The notes under the pieces: model-generated | What the model was told of the DNA's origin: nothing | Database searches by the model: none | Seen by the model: only the letters and a program-made list of their open reading frames with translations | Assembly: GCA_002499085.1 (NCBI GenBank) | Contig: DAKD01000036.1 | Span: 24,213 to 88,212 of the forward strand | Length of the DNA: 64,000 nucleotides | Origin: Methanomassiliicoccales archaeon UBA280 | Lineage (GTDB): Archaea; Thermoplasmatota; Thermoplasmata; SG8-5 | Reading direction: 5' to 3' | Shown: one piece after another, positions 53,073 through 63,400 of the stretch | How the letters are laid out: the number at the start of each line of letters is the position of its first letter | Numbering within the stretch: position 1 is the first letter of the stretch | Program-made: the position numbers and the translations under genes

Positions 53073-53387
53073 TCAGTCCTTCGATAACGCATCGCGTACC
53101 AGCGTCGATGCCACCCTGTTCAGTTGCCGCGCCACCACCCTGCCCTTGTCCGTGAGCAGATAGTATTTGCACTGGGGAAACCCGTCGCTCTCTTCCAGGA
53201 CAATCAAACCCTCATTCTGTAACTTCCCCAGGGCCGTGTATGTGGACTTCTGGTTCAGATGTTCGCTTCTCAGCAGGTTCGTTATGGTGGTTTTCTTATG
53301 CTGGTGGAGATGCAGCAGTATCTTCATGGAACCTACAGGTTTCTCGATGACATTCAGTACCTCGGTGTTGTTCATGGTATGAACCAA
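53073..53387 (-). CDS. Small winged-helix regulator (ArsR/HxlR/MarR-like)
   Basis: KILLHLHQHKKTTITNLLRSEHLNQKSTYTALGKLQNEGLIV...YYLLTDKGR. Divergent from the STAND gene. Confidence 0.7.
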   Translation of the reverse strand: MVHTMNNTEVLNVIEKPVGSMKILLHLHQHKKTTITNLLRSEHLNQKSTYTALGKLQNEGLIVLEESDGFPQCKYYLLTDKGRVVARQLNRVASTLVRDALSKD

Positions 53388-53417
53388 GTGGCCTATCGTT
53401 ATATAGTTAATTCAAGC

Positions 53418-56159
53418 ATGCTTATTTCCGATATGCCCGTGACAGGGCCCGGACCGGGGTTGCTTCGTTCGAGACCAGAGCATGATTTTATTGTCATAGA
53501 TTACGATAATGTTATAAATACCGAATGCGGTTATATATGCGTGAAGAAAGACAGGAAATTATCCCTTGTAACGGAGCGAATACTCCTCCACCTGCTTGAC
53601 TTCAAGTCCTGCGAGGGCGAGAGGGACGGCAAGATGGACCTGACCCAGATAGGCATAGCCGATGCCGTGGGCATCAAGCGGGGGAATATGAACCAAGATA
53701 TGAGGCCGTTGATTGTCGGGGGATTTGTGGATTGCCACAAGGTTCACGTGCCCGGCATTAAGATAAAGAGGAACAATTATTACCTGACCCCCCAGGGCCA
53801 CGAGATGGCAAGGGCCATAAGGGAAAGGATTGTCAGGGTCCGCATCGAAGTGATTGACCGGGAAAGGGCGCGTTCGGAGGCCAGCATCGGGGATTTGCTG
53901 GAGAACACGCATCTCGACATCGGGCTGGTGGACGTGGTCAGGGAGGCGAACACATCGGGAACCTTTGATATCGGAGCCTTCCTGAGAAAACGTGCCAGGC
54001 CGGCATTCTTCCCGCCATCCGGCATCGCCGGCATGCCCCGCCCGGCAAGCTTCTTCGGGAGAATGGCCGAAAGAGCGCTCGTCTCGAATTGGATGAAAAG
54101 CCGCGCCGGGACAACCCTGGTTATACGGGGCATGCCCGGGATAGGCAAGACCAGTTTCGTCTCCCACTTCCTCTCGGAATCCGGCAAAGGGATGAAAGTG
54201 CATTATTTCAGCATACGGCCGTGGTGCTCGCTCCGGGCGCTCCTGGTCTCGCTCTCGGCATTCTTCGAGGACAATGGCGGGAACGAGCTGAGGAGGTACC
54301 TGGAAGGGAGCAAGGCAATTGACCCGTCCGAGGCCGAGTACCTGATATCGGGGACATTGGCAGGCATTCGGGACGCCGTTCTGGTCTTTGACGATTGCCA
54401 CAATTCGTCCGGGGATGTGCCGGCCTTCTTCGAGATGCTTCACAACGCGGCAGCGGGTTCCGGGGCCAGGCTGGTGTTCGTGGGGAGAGATATGCCCCAA
54501 TATTTCGACAGGAAGGAGACGGTCGAGGGGGGGTCGGTGCTTGATATCACCCTTGAGGGGCTGGACCGCGAGAGCACACTGGCCCTGGCCGGAAAGGTGG
54601 GCATTCCGGATGGATTGGCCGGCGGGGTGTTCTCCCGCACCAACGGCCATCCCTTGTTCGTGGAATTGCTGGCTACCGGCGGCTCCCCCCAGACGGACAC
54701 TGATGTCGAGCGCTTCATCAACGATGAGGTGATAACCTCCCTGGAGAAGCGGGAGCTGGCTGTCCTGAGATACATGTCCGTGCTCAGGTATGCAATCGGG
54801 AGGGAAGCGCTGGGTGCGCACCATAAGACACTATCAGCACTCATCCGGAAATCCATGGTCAGGCCCCTCGGGGACAGCCACCTGGAGCTGCATGACATGA
54901 TGAGGGCCGCCCTTTACAGGGGCCTTTCTCCCGGTGAACGGAAGAAGTTCCATGCAAAGGCGGCCGGGCATTACCTGGAGTCCCGCACGATAGACAATAT
55001 CATCGAGTCGCTCCACCACCTGATAAGCGCGGAGAGATACGCGGATGCCTGCATGGTGATCCTGGACAAGGAAGAGAAGCTGCTCAACTCGGACAGGATG
55101 GAAGAGCTGGCCAGGGTGCTGGCGCTGCTCCTGGCCGGGAACCTGCGCATGGGCAGGCGGGAGAAGGCCCACATCCTGTACCTGCAGGGGCATGCCCTGT
55201 CCTTCATCGGGGAATGGGACGACGCCATAATGCACTTCAACAGGGCCATGGTGCTGGCCTCCCCGGATGAGAGGCTGGGGATGATGTGCAAGTCCGGGGT
55301 AGCCCAAATTTCGCTCAGGAGACACAATTTTTCTATCGCCAAATCGCTTTTTGAAGATATTTTTCAATGGGCAGATGAGAATGACGATATGGACATGAAG
55401 GCTGAAAGCGGTTATTTCCTTGGCTCCACATTTGAATTATCAGGAAGCTATGATAAGGCACTCAAATATTTCACCGAAGCAAAACAAATCTCTTATAAAA
55501 CATATAATCGAAACCAGATTGCAATGGCTAACTATGGCCAGGGACGGATACATCACCGAAGGCATGAATATGAAAAGGCATTGGAAAGCAAGAACGAGGC
55601 TCTCGAAATTGCGCTAAAGATAAACAATAAACACATCGCAAGTAAAATTTTAACCAGTATTGGAAATACACTTGATTGCCTAGAACGACGTGATGAGGAA
55701 TTACAGGCACATGAGAATGCAATAAAATTGGCTAGAGAATGTGGAGCAATCAGGACACTTGCATATGCCCTTTCCAATACCGGGGCAGCCTATTTGGATA
55801 TAACAGAACTTGATGTTTCCGAAAGATATCTGGATGAGTCCGCAATCATCTTTGAGAAGTTGGGTGAAAATCACATGATTGCAACAATATTTTTGAATAA
55901 AGCGATTATCGCCCTTTACAAAAAAAACAATGATATGGCTATTCATCTTTTCCAAGAATGCGAGAACCTGTTAAATGCATTGGATAACAAGATTGTTCTC
56001 ATGGATTCGTATTTCAGATTCGGGTTGGCTCATAAAAAAATGAAATTGTTTAACGAAGCAATACTCTATTTTAAAAGGGCTATATCTATATCAATAAAAA
56101 TTAAAGATGAGAAATCACAAAGGCAAATTGACCTTGAAATTTCTCAAATTAAAAATTAA
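53418..56159 (+). CDS. STAND-class NTPase: N-terminal wHTH, P-loop NTPase, helical arm, C-terminal TPR array
   Basis: Start is uncertain (ATGs at 53379, 53418, 53430; the listed 53259 start overlaps the divergent gene). wHTH segment: LTQIGIADAVGIKRGNMNQDMRPLIVGGFVDCHKV...YYLTPQGHEMA. Walker A: IRGMPGIGKTSF. Walker B: AVLVFDDCH. At least 8 TPR-like repeats toward the C-terminus. Confidence 0.8.
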   Translation: MLISDMPVTGPGPGLLRSRPEHDFIVIDYDNVINTECGYICVKKDRKLSLVTERILLHLLDFKSCEGERDGKMDLTQIGIADAVGIKRGNMNQDMRPLIVGGFVDCHKVHVPGIKIKRNNYYLTPQGHEMARAIRERIVRVRIEVIDRERARSEASIGDLLENTHLDIGLVDVVREANTSGTFDIGAFLRKRARPAFFPPSGIAGMPRPASFFGRMAERALVSNWMKSRAGTTLVIRGMPGIGKTSFVSHFLSESGKGMKVHYFSIRPWCSLRALLVSLSAFFEDNGGNELRRYLEGSKAIDPSEAEYLISGTLAGIRDAVLVFDDCHNSSGDVPAFFEMLHNAAAGSGARLVFVGRDMPQYFDRKETVEGGSVLDITLEGLDRESTLALAGKVGIPDGLAGGVFSRTNGHPLFVELLATGGSPQTDTDVERFINDEVITSLEKRELAVLRYMSVLRYAIGREALGAHHKTLSALIRKSMVRPLGDSHLELHDMMRAALYRGLSPGERKKFHAKAAGHYLESRTIDNIIESLHHLISAERYADACMVILDKEEKLLNSDRMEELARVLALLLAGNLRMGRREKAHILYLQGHALSFIGEWDDAIMHFNRAMVLASPDERLGMMCKSGVAQISLRRHNFSIAKSLFEDIFQWADENDDMDMKAESGYFLGSTFELSGSYDKALKYFTEAKQISYKTYNRNQIAMANYGQGRIHHRRHEYEKALESKNEALEIALKINNKHIASKILTSIGNTLDCLERRDEELQAHENAIKLARECGAIRTLAYALSNTGAAYLDITELDVSERYLDESAIIFEKLGENHMIATIFLNKAIIALYKKNNDMAIHLFQECENLLNALDNKIVLMDSYFRFGLAHKKMKLFNEAILYFKRAISISIKIKDEKSQRQIDLEISQIKN

Positions 56160-56167
56160 TTTTTCTT

Positions 56168-57217
56168 TTAATTAGGGTCATCCCGCCTTCCAATCCCATT
56201 GGGGTCATCCCGCCTTCCAATCCCAAACGTATCCGCAGCCCTCATCCTCGGATACAGCGCCTCCGGCAGCCAATCGGGGCAGTGGTACATCGCGTCTCCC
56301 AGGGCATCCGTGCCTGTCTCGTTCTGGTCCGGCCCCTTGTATTCGTCGCCCCCGATATAGTCAGTCCAGAAATTGCCGCCCGCGGGATACCCGCCGTGCC
56401 AGGAATTGCCTGTTCCCGAGTCCCCTGCCTGATTCGTGTTGTTCCCGAAGTTGTTGTGGTATATCGTGTTGTCATCCGAATCGGAATCGAGGAACATGCC
56501 GAACTCGAAGCTGAGGCACAGGCTGTTGTTAACTGCCGTGTTGTCCGCCGAGGCCCAGCAATACACGCCATAGTCGTTGTAGAAGGCCAGGTTGTGTATC
56601 AGAAGGTTCCCGGTTGCAGAAAACAGATATATTCCGTATTGGCTGTAATCCGCCGTATTGTACCCTATCTCGTTGGATGCCGAATTTTCGACAGCGATGT
56701 TGGCATGGGTGTTGTTCCAGAAGTAGTTGAACGAGATGTTGTTCTCGTCCGACCCGCCGGTCAGGCGTATGCCGTACTCGTTCTCGGTAATGTTGTTGCC
56801 TTGTATCGTGTTCAAAGAGGACATGTGCAGCATGATGCCGAGCCCGGCATTGAATTCCATGCTGTTGTTCCTTACTTCGCCGTTCTGTACGTTGTTCAGC
56901 ACCACGCCCGCATTGGGCCTGTATATCCCGTCATGGTTCTGGACATACGCATCGTGGAGAAGGCAGTCCCTGATGATGAAATGGTCCGTGGTGTTCCCCA
57001 CGTAGATGCAGTACCCGCACCCTGTCCCGTCAATATCCAGCCCCTCGATGATCCAAGGATTGTCCGACGTGCCGTTCCCGCTTGCCGCAACGGCCGCGAA
57101 ACCGCCGTTCGAATCGATCCTTACCGTTCCGTTCCCTGCGCTCGCCCTCACTCCCGAGCAAAATGTGACCATTATCGCCAATGCCACAATCATGCATGCA
57201 TATTTTTTCATTTTCAT
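56168..57217 (-). CDS. Secreted parallel beta-helix (NosD/PbH1-like) protein, compact GC-rich paralogue of the N-terminal module of 17193-21473
   Basis: The ATG at 57217 follows GGGAGGT. Signal peptide MKMKKYACMIVALAIMVTFCSGVRA. DNPWIIEGLDIDGTGCGYCIYVGNTTDHFIIRDCLLHDA parallels GNPWIIENFEINGTGYGSCIYIGNTTDYFIIRDCYLHDA. YPAGGNFWTDY parallels YPTGGNFWSDY. Confidence 0.85.
   Translation of the reverse strand: MKMKKYACMIVALAIMVTFCSGVRASAGNGTVRIDSNGGFAAVAASGNGTSDNPWIIEGLDIDGTGCGYCIYVGNTTDHFIIRDCLLHDAYVQNHDGIYRPNAGVVLNNVQNGEVRNNSMEFNAGLGIMLHMSSLNTIQGNNITENEYGIRLTGGSDENNISFNYFWNNTHANIAVENSASNEIGYNTADYSQYGIYLFSATGNLLIHNLAFYNDYGVYCWASADNTAVNNSLCLSFEFGMFLDSDSDDNTIYHNNFGNNTNQAGDSGTGNSWHGGYPAGGNFWTDYIGGDEYKGPDQNETGTDALGDAMYHCPDWLPEALYPRMRAADTFGIGRRDDPNGIGRRDDPN
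56175..56228 (-). repeat. Direct 27-nt tandem duplication at the 3' end of the beta-helix gene (encodes GIGRRDDPN twice)
   Basis: GGGTCATCCCGCCTTCCAATCCCA occurs at 56175-56198 and again at 56202-56225. Confidence 0.9.
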
Positions 57218-57392
57218 ACCACTACCTCCCAAATTATGGGCGGATAGTGATTTTTAGCATGGCATTTTGAACTATCATAAGCAAGCTTTAGATAATTTTA
57301 TATATGCGAAAGGCCAGCTTGATTCGGGGTCGGAAATTTGCATTTGTCAAGTGAGGTTTACAATACACCTGTCGCGGAAACTGGGAACGTAT

Positions 57393-57414
57393 CCGGCTGT
57401 CATTTGACAGCCGG
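57393..57414 (-). terminator. 10-bp perfect hairpin CCGGCTGTCA-TT-TGACAGCCGG downstream of the 57469-58263 gene
   Basis: Inverted repeat read directly, about 55 nt past the stop codon on the minus strand. Confidence 0.5.
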
Positions 57415-57468
57415 CCCGCAGTTCAATTGTCCGATCGAAAATCATTGTATTCTGTGATTATTATATAA

Positions 57469-58263
57469 TTATCCTGCCTTTTCGGCCAGGAGCAACACGA
57501 ACCGACATTCGCAGTCCCCGCCCATTATCGAGCTTGTGTTGTCCAGCGTGAAGGCAAGCCCCGTCCTCATGGCGAAACGCGATATGACGCATCTCGCGGA
57601 AAAGCAGAAATTCGGGTTTGGGCCCAGGGATTCCATCCACACGCATTTCGAGTTGCTCAGTGTGACTGTGTTGCCCTGGATTCTATAACTGAATTCCATG
57701 CCCATGAGGTTGAAGAACTTGCAAAGCCAGTTCGCCATCGTTTCCTTGGTCAGGGTCAGGCCTTCCTTGCCCGGAATGAATTTGTTTATCACTTCCGTCT
57801 CAAGCCGCTCGGAAACCCTCTGAATACTGCCCGGATCGTCCGTCCTGAGCCGAGTGACCAGGCCCAGGAAGGATTCGCGTATCTGGTTCCTCTTCCTCTC
57901 CATGTCGGACAATGCAACTTCGATGGCGTTGAACAGCGAGTCCATCCTGAACGGTTTCAGTATGAAGCTGTGGGCGCCGAGGTCCATGACCTTCTTCGCG
58001 GCTTCGTAATCGGCGGTAACGAAGATGATGCACTGGAGCGGGTTGATGAGGTGTATGTTCCTCATTGCCGTGATGCCGTCGCTCTTCGGCATCCTGTGGT
58101 CCATCAGGATGACATCAGGCTTGTCCTTCAATGCGCTGTAAAGGATTACTGCCTCCTCGCCGTCGCGCGCCTCGCACACGACATTGTGGCTGCGTATCTC
58201 GAGCACGTTCTTGTAAACCTCGAGTATGGACGGCTCGTCATCCACCAGCATCAGGGTCGCCAT
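57469..58263 (-). CDS. Response regulator with C-terminal Cys-containing V4R/methanogen-output-like domain
   Basis: Receiver motifs: LMLVDDEP, VILMDHRMP, IFVTAD, FILKP. The C-terminal ~130 aa has CVWME...CFSARC...GGDCECRF, which is reminiscent of V4R/MetOD-type ligand-binding modules. That assignment is tentative. Confidence 0.75.
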   Translation of the reverse strand: MATLMLVDDEPSILEVYKNVLEIRSHNVVCEARDGEEAVILYSALKDKPDVILMDHRMPKSDGITAMRNIHLINPLQCIIFVTADYEAAKKVMDLGAHSFILKPFRMDSLFNAIEVALSDMERKRNQIRESFLGLVTRLRTDDPGSIQRVSERLETEVINKFIPGKEGLTLTKETMANWLCKFFNLMGMEFSYRIQGNTVTLSNSKCVWMESLGPNPNFCFSARCVISRFAMRTGLAFTLDNTSSIMGGDCECRFVLLLAEKAG

Positions 58264-58278
58264 TTCAACCGCCCCCTC

Positions 58279-60402
58279 TCATTGCACCACCCCTTCAAAT
58301 GGAAGTCTCACCGTGAACACACTGCCCTTCCCCTCCTTACTGTCGACCTCCAACTCGCCCCCGTGGTCAACTACAAGGGTCTTGACAATGGCCAGCCCGA
58401 GACCGAACCCGGTCGTCTTGGTGGAGAAGAGCGGCTCGAAAATCTTGGCCATTATCTCCGGGCTCATGCCGCAGCCTGTGTCCTCCACTGAAAGATCGGC
58501 TGTACCGGACTTCCCAATCCCGGTAGTTATGGTCAGGGTCCCGCCGCCCGGCATGGCCTGGAACGCATTGATTACAAGGTTGTCCAGAATCTGTTTGAGC
58601 TTCTCAATGTCGGCCCTTATCGGGACCAAGTCAGGCGCCAGTTTCAGTTTCAGTTCGATATTGCCGGGCTTGACATCCGGAGACGAGAAATAGGATTCGA
58701 CCAGTTCATTGAGGCTGACATCCTCCACAAGATTCGGCTTCTGGCGGCTGAAACCCAGCATGTCGCCGATTATCCTGTCCGAACGCATGACCTCCTTGTC
58801 GAGAAGTTCGAGCATCTGGAGCGATTTCTCGTCCAGGTCGGGCAATTTTGTCTTCAGGTAGAAAGCGACATTGTTTATCACGCTGAGGGGATTTCTCAGT
58901 TCGTGGCTGACGCTGGCCGCCATCTGCCCCAGGACTGCCAGACGTTCCTGCTTGACCATTGCTGCATGGGCCTTTTCAAGTTCCAGGGTCTTTTCATCGG
59001 CTATGGACTGGAGTCTCATGGAAAGCAGCTTCGATTCATCCTCAGCCCATTTGCGTTGTGTGATGTCCCTGGTGGAACCGATGATGCTGGTGGGTTTTCC
59101 GGAGTCATCCCGTAGAAATTTCAGCCTGGCCTCGACGAAAACTGTCGAGCCATCCTTGCAGAACTCCTCGGACTCGATGATATGCATGCGGTCAGGGTCG
59201 AGGCCAGAAGCGCTATCCTCTTCGAGCAGCATTTCTATGTCGTGTATGATGTTTGCATAAGATTCCTGTGTCATCATCTTGTCGAGCGGAATAGCCATGG
59301 CCTCCTCCGGGGTATAGCCACGCAGTTTCATCACCGAGGGGCTGTAATAGGTTAACCTCCTGGTCTTCAAATCCAGAATCCATACGACATCGGTTGAGTT
59401 GTCCGCAAGCAGGCGGTATCTTGCCATGGATTCTACCAGATTATCCTCGGCCTTCTTGCGTTCCGTGATGTCTTCCGCAACATTGATGTACTGAACGACC
59501 AGACCATTCCCGTCCCTCAATGGCAGGGCCCTTTCGCGTATCCATTTGACCTTTCCGTCGCAGAGGATTCTGTAGTCCATCTCCAGGTGTTCACCCTTCG
59601 CGGCATGGCTCTGGAACTCGGAGCCCACGTATTCCAGGTCGTCCGGATGGATTGCCTTCTTCCAGCCGGTCCTGTCTGCATAGGCGCTCTTGACGGTCAT
59701 GCCGAAAACCGTTTCGTAAGCGGGATTCACATAGAGCAGTTTCTTCTCAGTCCAGTCAGTGAGCCAGAAGACCAGGTCGATGTTTTCGGATAACTGGCGG
59801 AACCTTTGTTCGCTCTCGGCGATTTTCAATTCTGCAATCTTGCGCTCCGTGATGTCGCCCACCATGACGCGACACGCTGGCGTGCCGTCCGAATTCTGTG
59901 CCAGAGCCGTGTCCAGCCGCACCCAGATTGGCGTTTTGTCTTGGCGCACCATCCGCAGTTCGCACGACTGCGGCTTGCTGGTCTCAAAGAGCATCTTGCG
60001 GTGCTGGTAGTAGATGTACTGGTCATCGCGGGCGACGTAGCTGGTGAACGGCTTTTTCAGGAGTGTGCCTCTCGCGATGCCCAACAATTTGGCGAACGTG
60101 AGGTTTACACCCAGAATTAGCCCTTTTTCATCGGTTGTGATGTACCCGATAGGCGCCATATCGTACAGGTCGAAATACCGCTCCCGGGTAATTTCCAATT
60201 CCTCCTGTGCCCGTCGCAGTTCGTCGTTCTGCATTTCCAGTTCGATTTGATGCACACGAAGTTCGTGCAGCGTCTGCTTTATCTGTTTCTGTGACAGTGT
60301 TTCGAAATATTCAGGCGACTGGGCGGCTTTTTCCCGGGCCAACTCTTCGGCCTGTTCGCGCAGGTCAGCGGCATCGCCGGAGGGTCTATTCTTGCGGTTC
60401 AC
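58279..60402 (-). CDS. Cytoplasmic multi-PAS sensor histidine kinase
   Basis: LHELRVHQIELEMQNDELR leader. Four PAS modules (DITERK, DITQRK junctions). H-box SVSHELRNPL. N-box DNLVINAFQAM. G-boxes DTGCGM, GFGLGLAI. Confidence 0.85.
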   Translation of the reverse strand: MNRKNRPSGDAADLREQAEELAREKAAQSPEYFETLSQKQIKQTLHELRVHQIELEMQNDELRRAQEELEITRERYFDLYDMAPIGYITTDEKGLILGVNLTFAKLLGIARGTLLKKPFTSYVARDDQYIYYQHRKMLFETSKPQSCELRMVRQDKTPIWVRLDTALAQNSDGTPACRVMVGDITERKIAELKIAESEQRFRQLSENIDLVFWLTDWTEKKLLYVNPAYETVFGMTVKSAYADRTGWKKAIHPDDLEYVGSEFQSHAAKGEHLEMDYRILCDGKVKWIRERALPLRDGNGLVVQYINVAEDITERKKAEDNLVESMARYRLLADNSTDVVWILDLKTRRLTYYSPSVMKLRGYTPEEAMAIPLDKMMTQESYANIIHDIEMLLEEDSASGLDPDRMHIIESEEFCKDGSTVFVEARLKFLRDDSGKPTSIIGSTRDITQRKWAEDESKLLSMRLQSIADEKTLELEKAHAAMVKQERLAVLGQMAASVSHELRNPLSVINNVAFYLKTKLPDLDEKSLQMLELLDKEVMRSDRIIGDMLGFSRQKPNLVEDVSLNELVESYFSSPDVKPGNIELKLKLAPDLVPIRADIEKLKQILDNLVINAFQAMPGGGTLTITTGIGKSGTADLSVEDTGCGMSPEIMAKIFEPLFSTKTTGFGLGLAIVKTLVVDHGGELEVDSKEGKGSVFTVRLPFEGVVQ

Positions 60403-63400
60403 TGCGCGCCTCCTTCGTCCGACCAGCCTTTGATTTTATCACACGTTCCGTTGTCGCAATCGCGTACATTTTTCCGGTTTCATTCACCAGAGCGGTGGCG
60501 GTAACCCAGACCTCCACGATGGTACCATCTTTGGCAATTCGTTGGGTGCGATACGGCTCCAGAACCTTGGCCAGGCTGAGTTGATGTAACTTGACCAATG
60601 CGCTCTTTCGCAGCCTCTCCGGAATCCGGTCGTGGACGTTCATCGTTAGCGCCTCGTCCTCGCCCCAACCATACAGTCTCACCGCGCTCGGGTTCCATGC
60701 TAATATGCGGCCCTCCAGATCCTGCACCGTGATCGCATCGTGCGTATCGCGCACTATCACGGCCAGACGACGTAACGCTTCCCGCATCTGAACAATCTTG
60801 GTGATCTCCACAAATGTGATGACCACGCCCTCGATGACGTTTTTGAGCGTGCGGTAGGGCAGAATTCGCATCGTGTACCATTTGCCCTCCGTTGTCTGCA
60901 CATCCTTCTCCTCGGAAATCAGGGTGTCCAGCACGGCCTGTGCGTCTTCGGTCAGATGATTATAGCCGACCAGGTTGGAGGCGATGTGGCCAACGGGCCG
61001 CCCCATGTCGCTCGGTATCAGGTTGAGGATATTGACGGCGGCGGGGGTGAAATCACGGATGCGCATTTGAGTGTCCAAAAAAACTGTACCGATGTTCGTG
61101 CCAGCCAGCATATTGCTTTTGTCATTGTTGGCCACCGACAGACTCATCACATTGGTTTGCAACTCAACGTTGACCGTGGCCAGCTCCTCGTTAATTGATT
61201 GCAGTTCTTCCTTTGAGGTTTCCAGCTCTTCATTCGTGGAGCGCAATTCCTCGTTGGCCGACTGTATCTCCTCGTTCGAGGATTTCAGCTCCTCATTGGA
61301 GGTCTCCAGTTCCTTATTGACACACAGAAGGTATTCATCTCTGGCCAGAAGTTCCTGCTTGAGCACCACGATGTGTGATTCTGCATCCGTATCGGCACCT
61401 TTCGTGCTGGCGGTGACCTGCTGCGTCTCCTCGGGGCACAGGGGCGGCACTTCCTCCAGGATGACCAGGAATAGGGGGGCCTCGAATGTCGCGGTAGAAC
61501 TTGCCTCAACCCGGTGGATGCTGAGGTTGGATGTGGTGAAGTGGCTGTTGGTTTTGATGCGCAAACCCGGGCATCGGACTACCTCTTTTGTTGCCACAGC
61601 CTTGCGAAGAGCCATGGACAACTCGTGCCGCAGACCTTCGCGGGCCATCTTCAGCATATTGTTGATGCCTGTTTCGCCCGGTGCCGGTTCCAGGAACCTT
61701 CCGGTGCGGCCATGGAGGTAGAGAATGTCGCCCTGAGCGTTGACCAGCACGCCAATCGGGGTTACCTGTTGCAGCAAAACCTGTTCGGTAAGCTCGCGCA
61801 GAGGCAATTTCACTGGCTTATTTCCCTCGGCCCGCGGAAGCGACGAAGCGTTCTGCATCATGGGTGGGAGAAACCGGCCCAGGGGCACGCGCGGCATACT
61901 ATGAGTATCAGTTTTGCGCTGGTACAGCTTCGCTTTGCGGTCCAGCGTGGCAAAAAGGTCGCCAGATTCCCCCACTGTTTCGGAGGTTCCCAGGAAGAGT
62001 ATACCGTCCTGATTCAGCGCATAGTGGAACAGAGGAATGAGCTTATTCTGCAACTCCGTGCCCATGTAAATCATGAGGTTGCGGCAGCTTATCAAATCTA
62101 GCTTGGAGAACGGCGGATCCTTGATGACATCTTGCTCGGAAAAGACCAGCATGTCGCGAATGTCCTTGTGGATGCAGTACGCTTTCCCATCGGGTTCAAT
62201 CGTAAAAAAGCGTGCCAGCCGCTCCGGAGATATGTCGGCGGCGATGCTGGCCGGAAAGAGGCCGATACGGGCCGTGGCAATGGCCTGGGGGTCGATGTCT
62301 GTGGCGAATATTTGCACGGTATAGCTTTGCTTCAGCGCCTCTATATGCTCCAGCATGAGGATGGCTATGGAATACGCTTCCTCGCCCGTGGAACAGCCGG
62401 GCGACCAGACACGTATCGTGGCACTTGCGGATTTGCCTGCAAAGAGCTTGGGAATGACCTGTTCCTCGAGCGCCTTGAATGCTTCCGGGTCGCGGAAGAA
62501 ATTGGTCACGCCGATGAGCAGGTCGTTGAATAACGCTTTTACTTCTGCTGGCGACTGCTGCAGAAACTTGACGTAAGCGTCCATGGTTTCGATGTTTTGG
62601 ACAGCCAGTCGCCGTTCGATACGTCGGTTGATTGTGCTCGGTTTGTAGAGGGAAAAGTCATGGCCGGTCTGGGCACGCAGCAGGATGAAGACCTTCTTCA
62701 GCGCGCTCTCAACCTTGGGCGAAGGTACGGCGGGTGTCCCGGGGGACTTACCGAAATCGTTAGACACATACGCGATGAGCTTGGCCGGCATCTTGGCCGG
62801 TTGCAGCTCATAATCCACCAGGCCTGTGTCGATGACGCTACGGGGCATGCCATCGTATTCTGCTGATTCCGGGTTCTGCACCATGACCATACCGCCCTCA
62901 CTCTTGATGGCACGCACGCCCAGGGTGCCGTCGCTGCCTGTCCCGGATAGTACGATGCAAATAGCCCGTTCATGCTGGTCCTGGGCCAGGGAACGAAAGA
63001 AGAAATCAATGGGAAAACGCTGGCCGCGCGGCGCCGATGGTTCAAGCAATTGGAGGGTGCCATTAAGGAAGGCCATATCGTGCCCCGGCGGGATGATGTA
63101 TGTGCAGTTCGGCTGCACCACCATTCCGTCCTCGACCTCGTAGACCTGCATGCGTGTGTAGCGCTTGACCAGGTCCGTGAGGATGCTCTTGTGGTTCGGA
63201 GCCAGATGCTGCACCAGGATAAAGGCCATTCCGGGGTCGGTGCCCGTGGGCATACCGGAAAAAAAGGCTTCAAACGCCGCGAGACCGCCCGCGGAGGCGC
63301 CGATGCCGACAATCGGAAATCGACCATTGCTCGCGACTTTTGTCTGGGCTTCGGTATTTTTAATGGGCTTCGACCTTTTGTTCCCGGCTGCATTCTCAGA

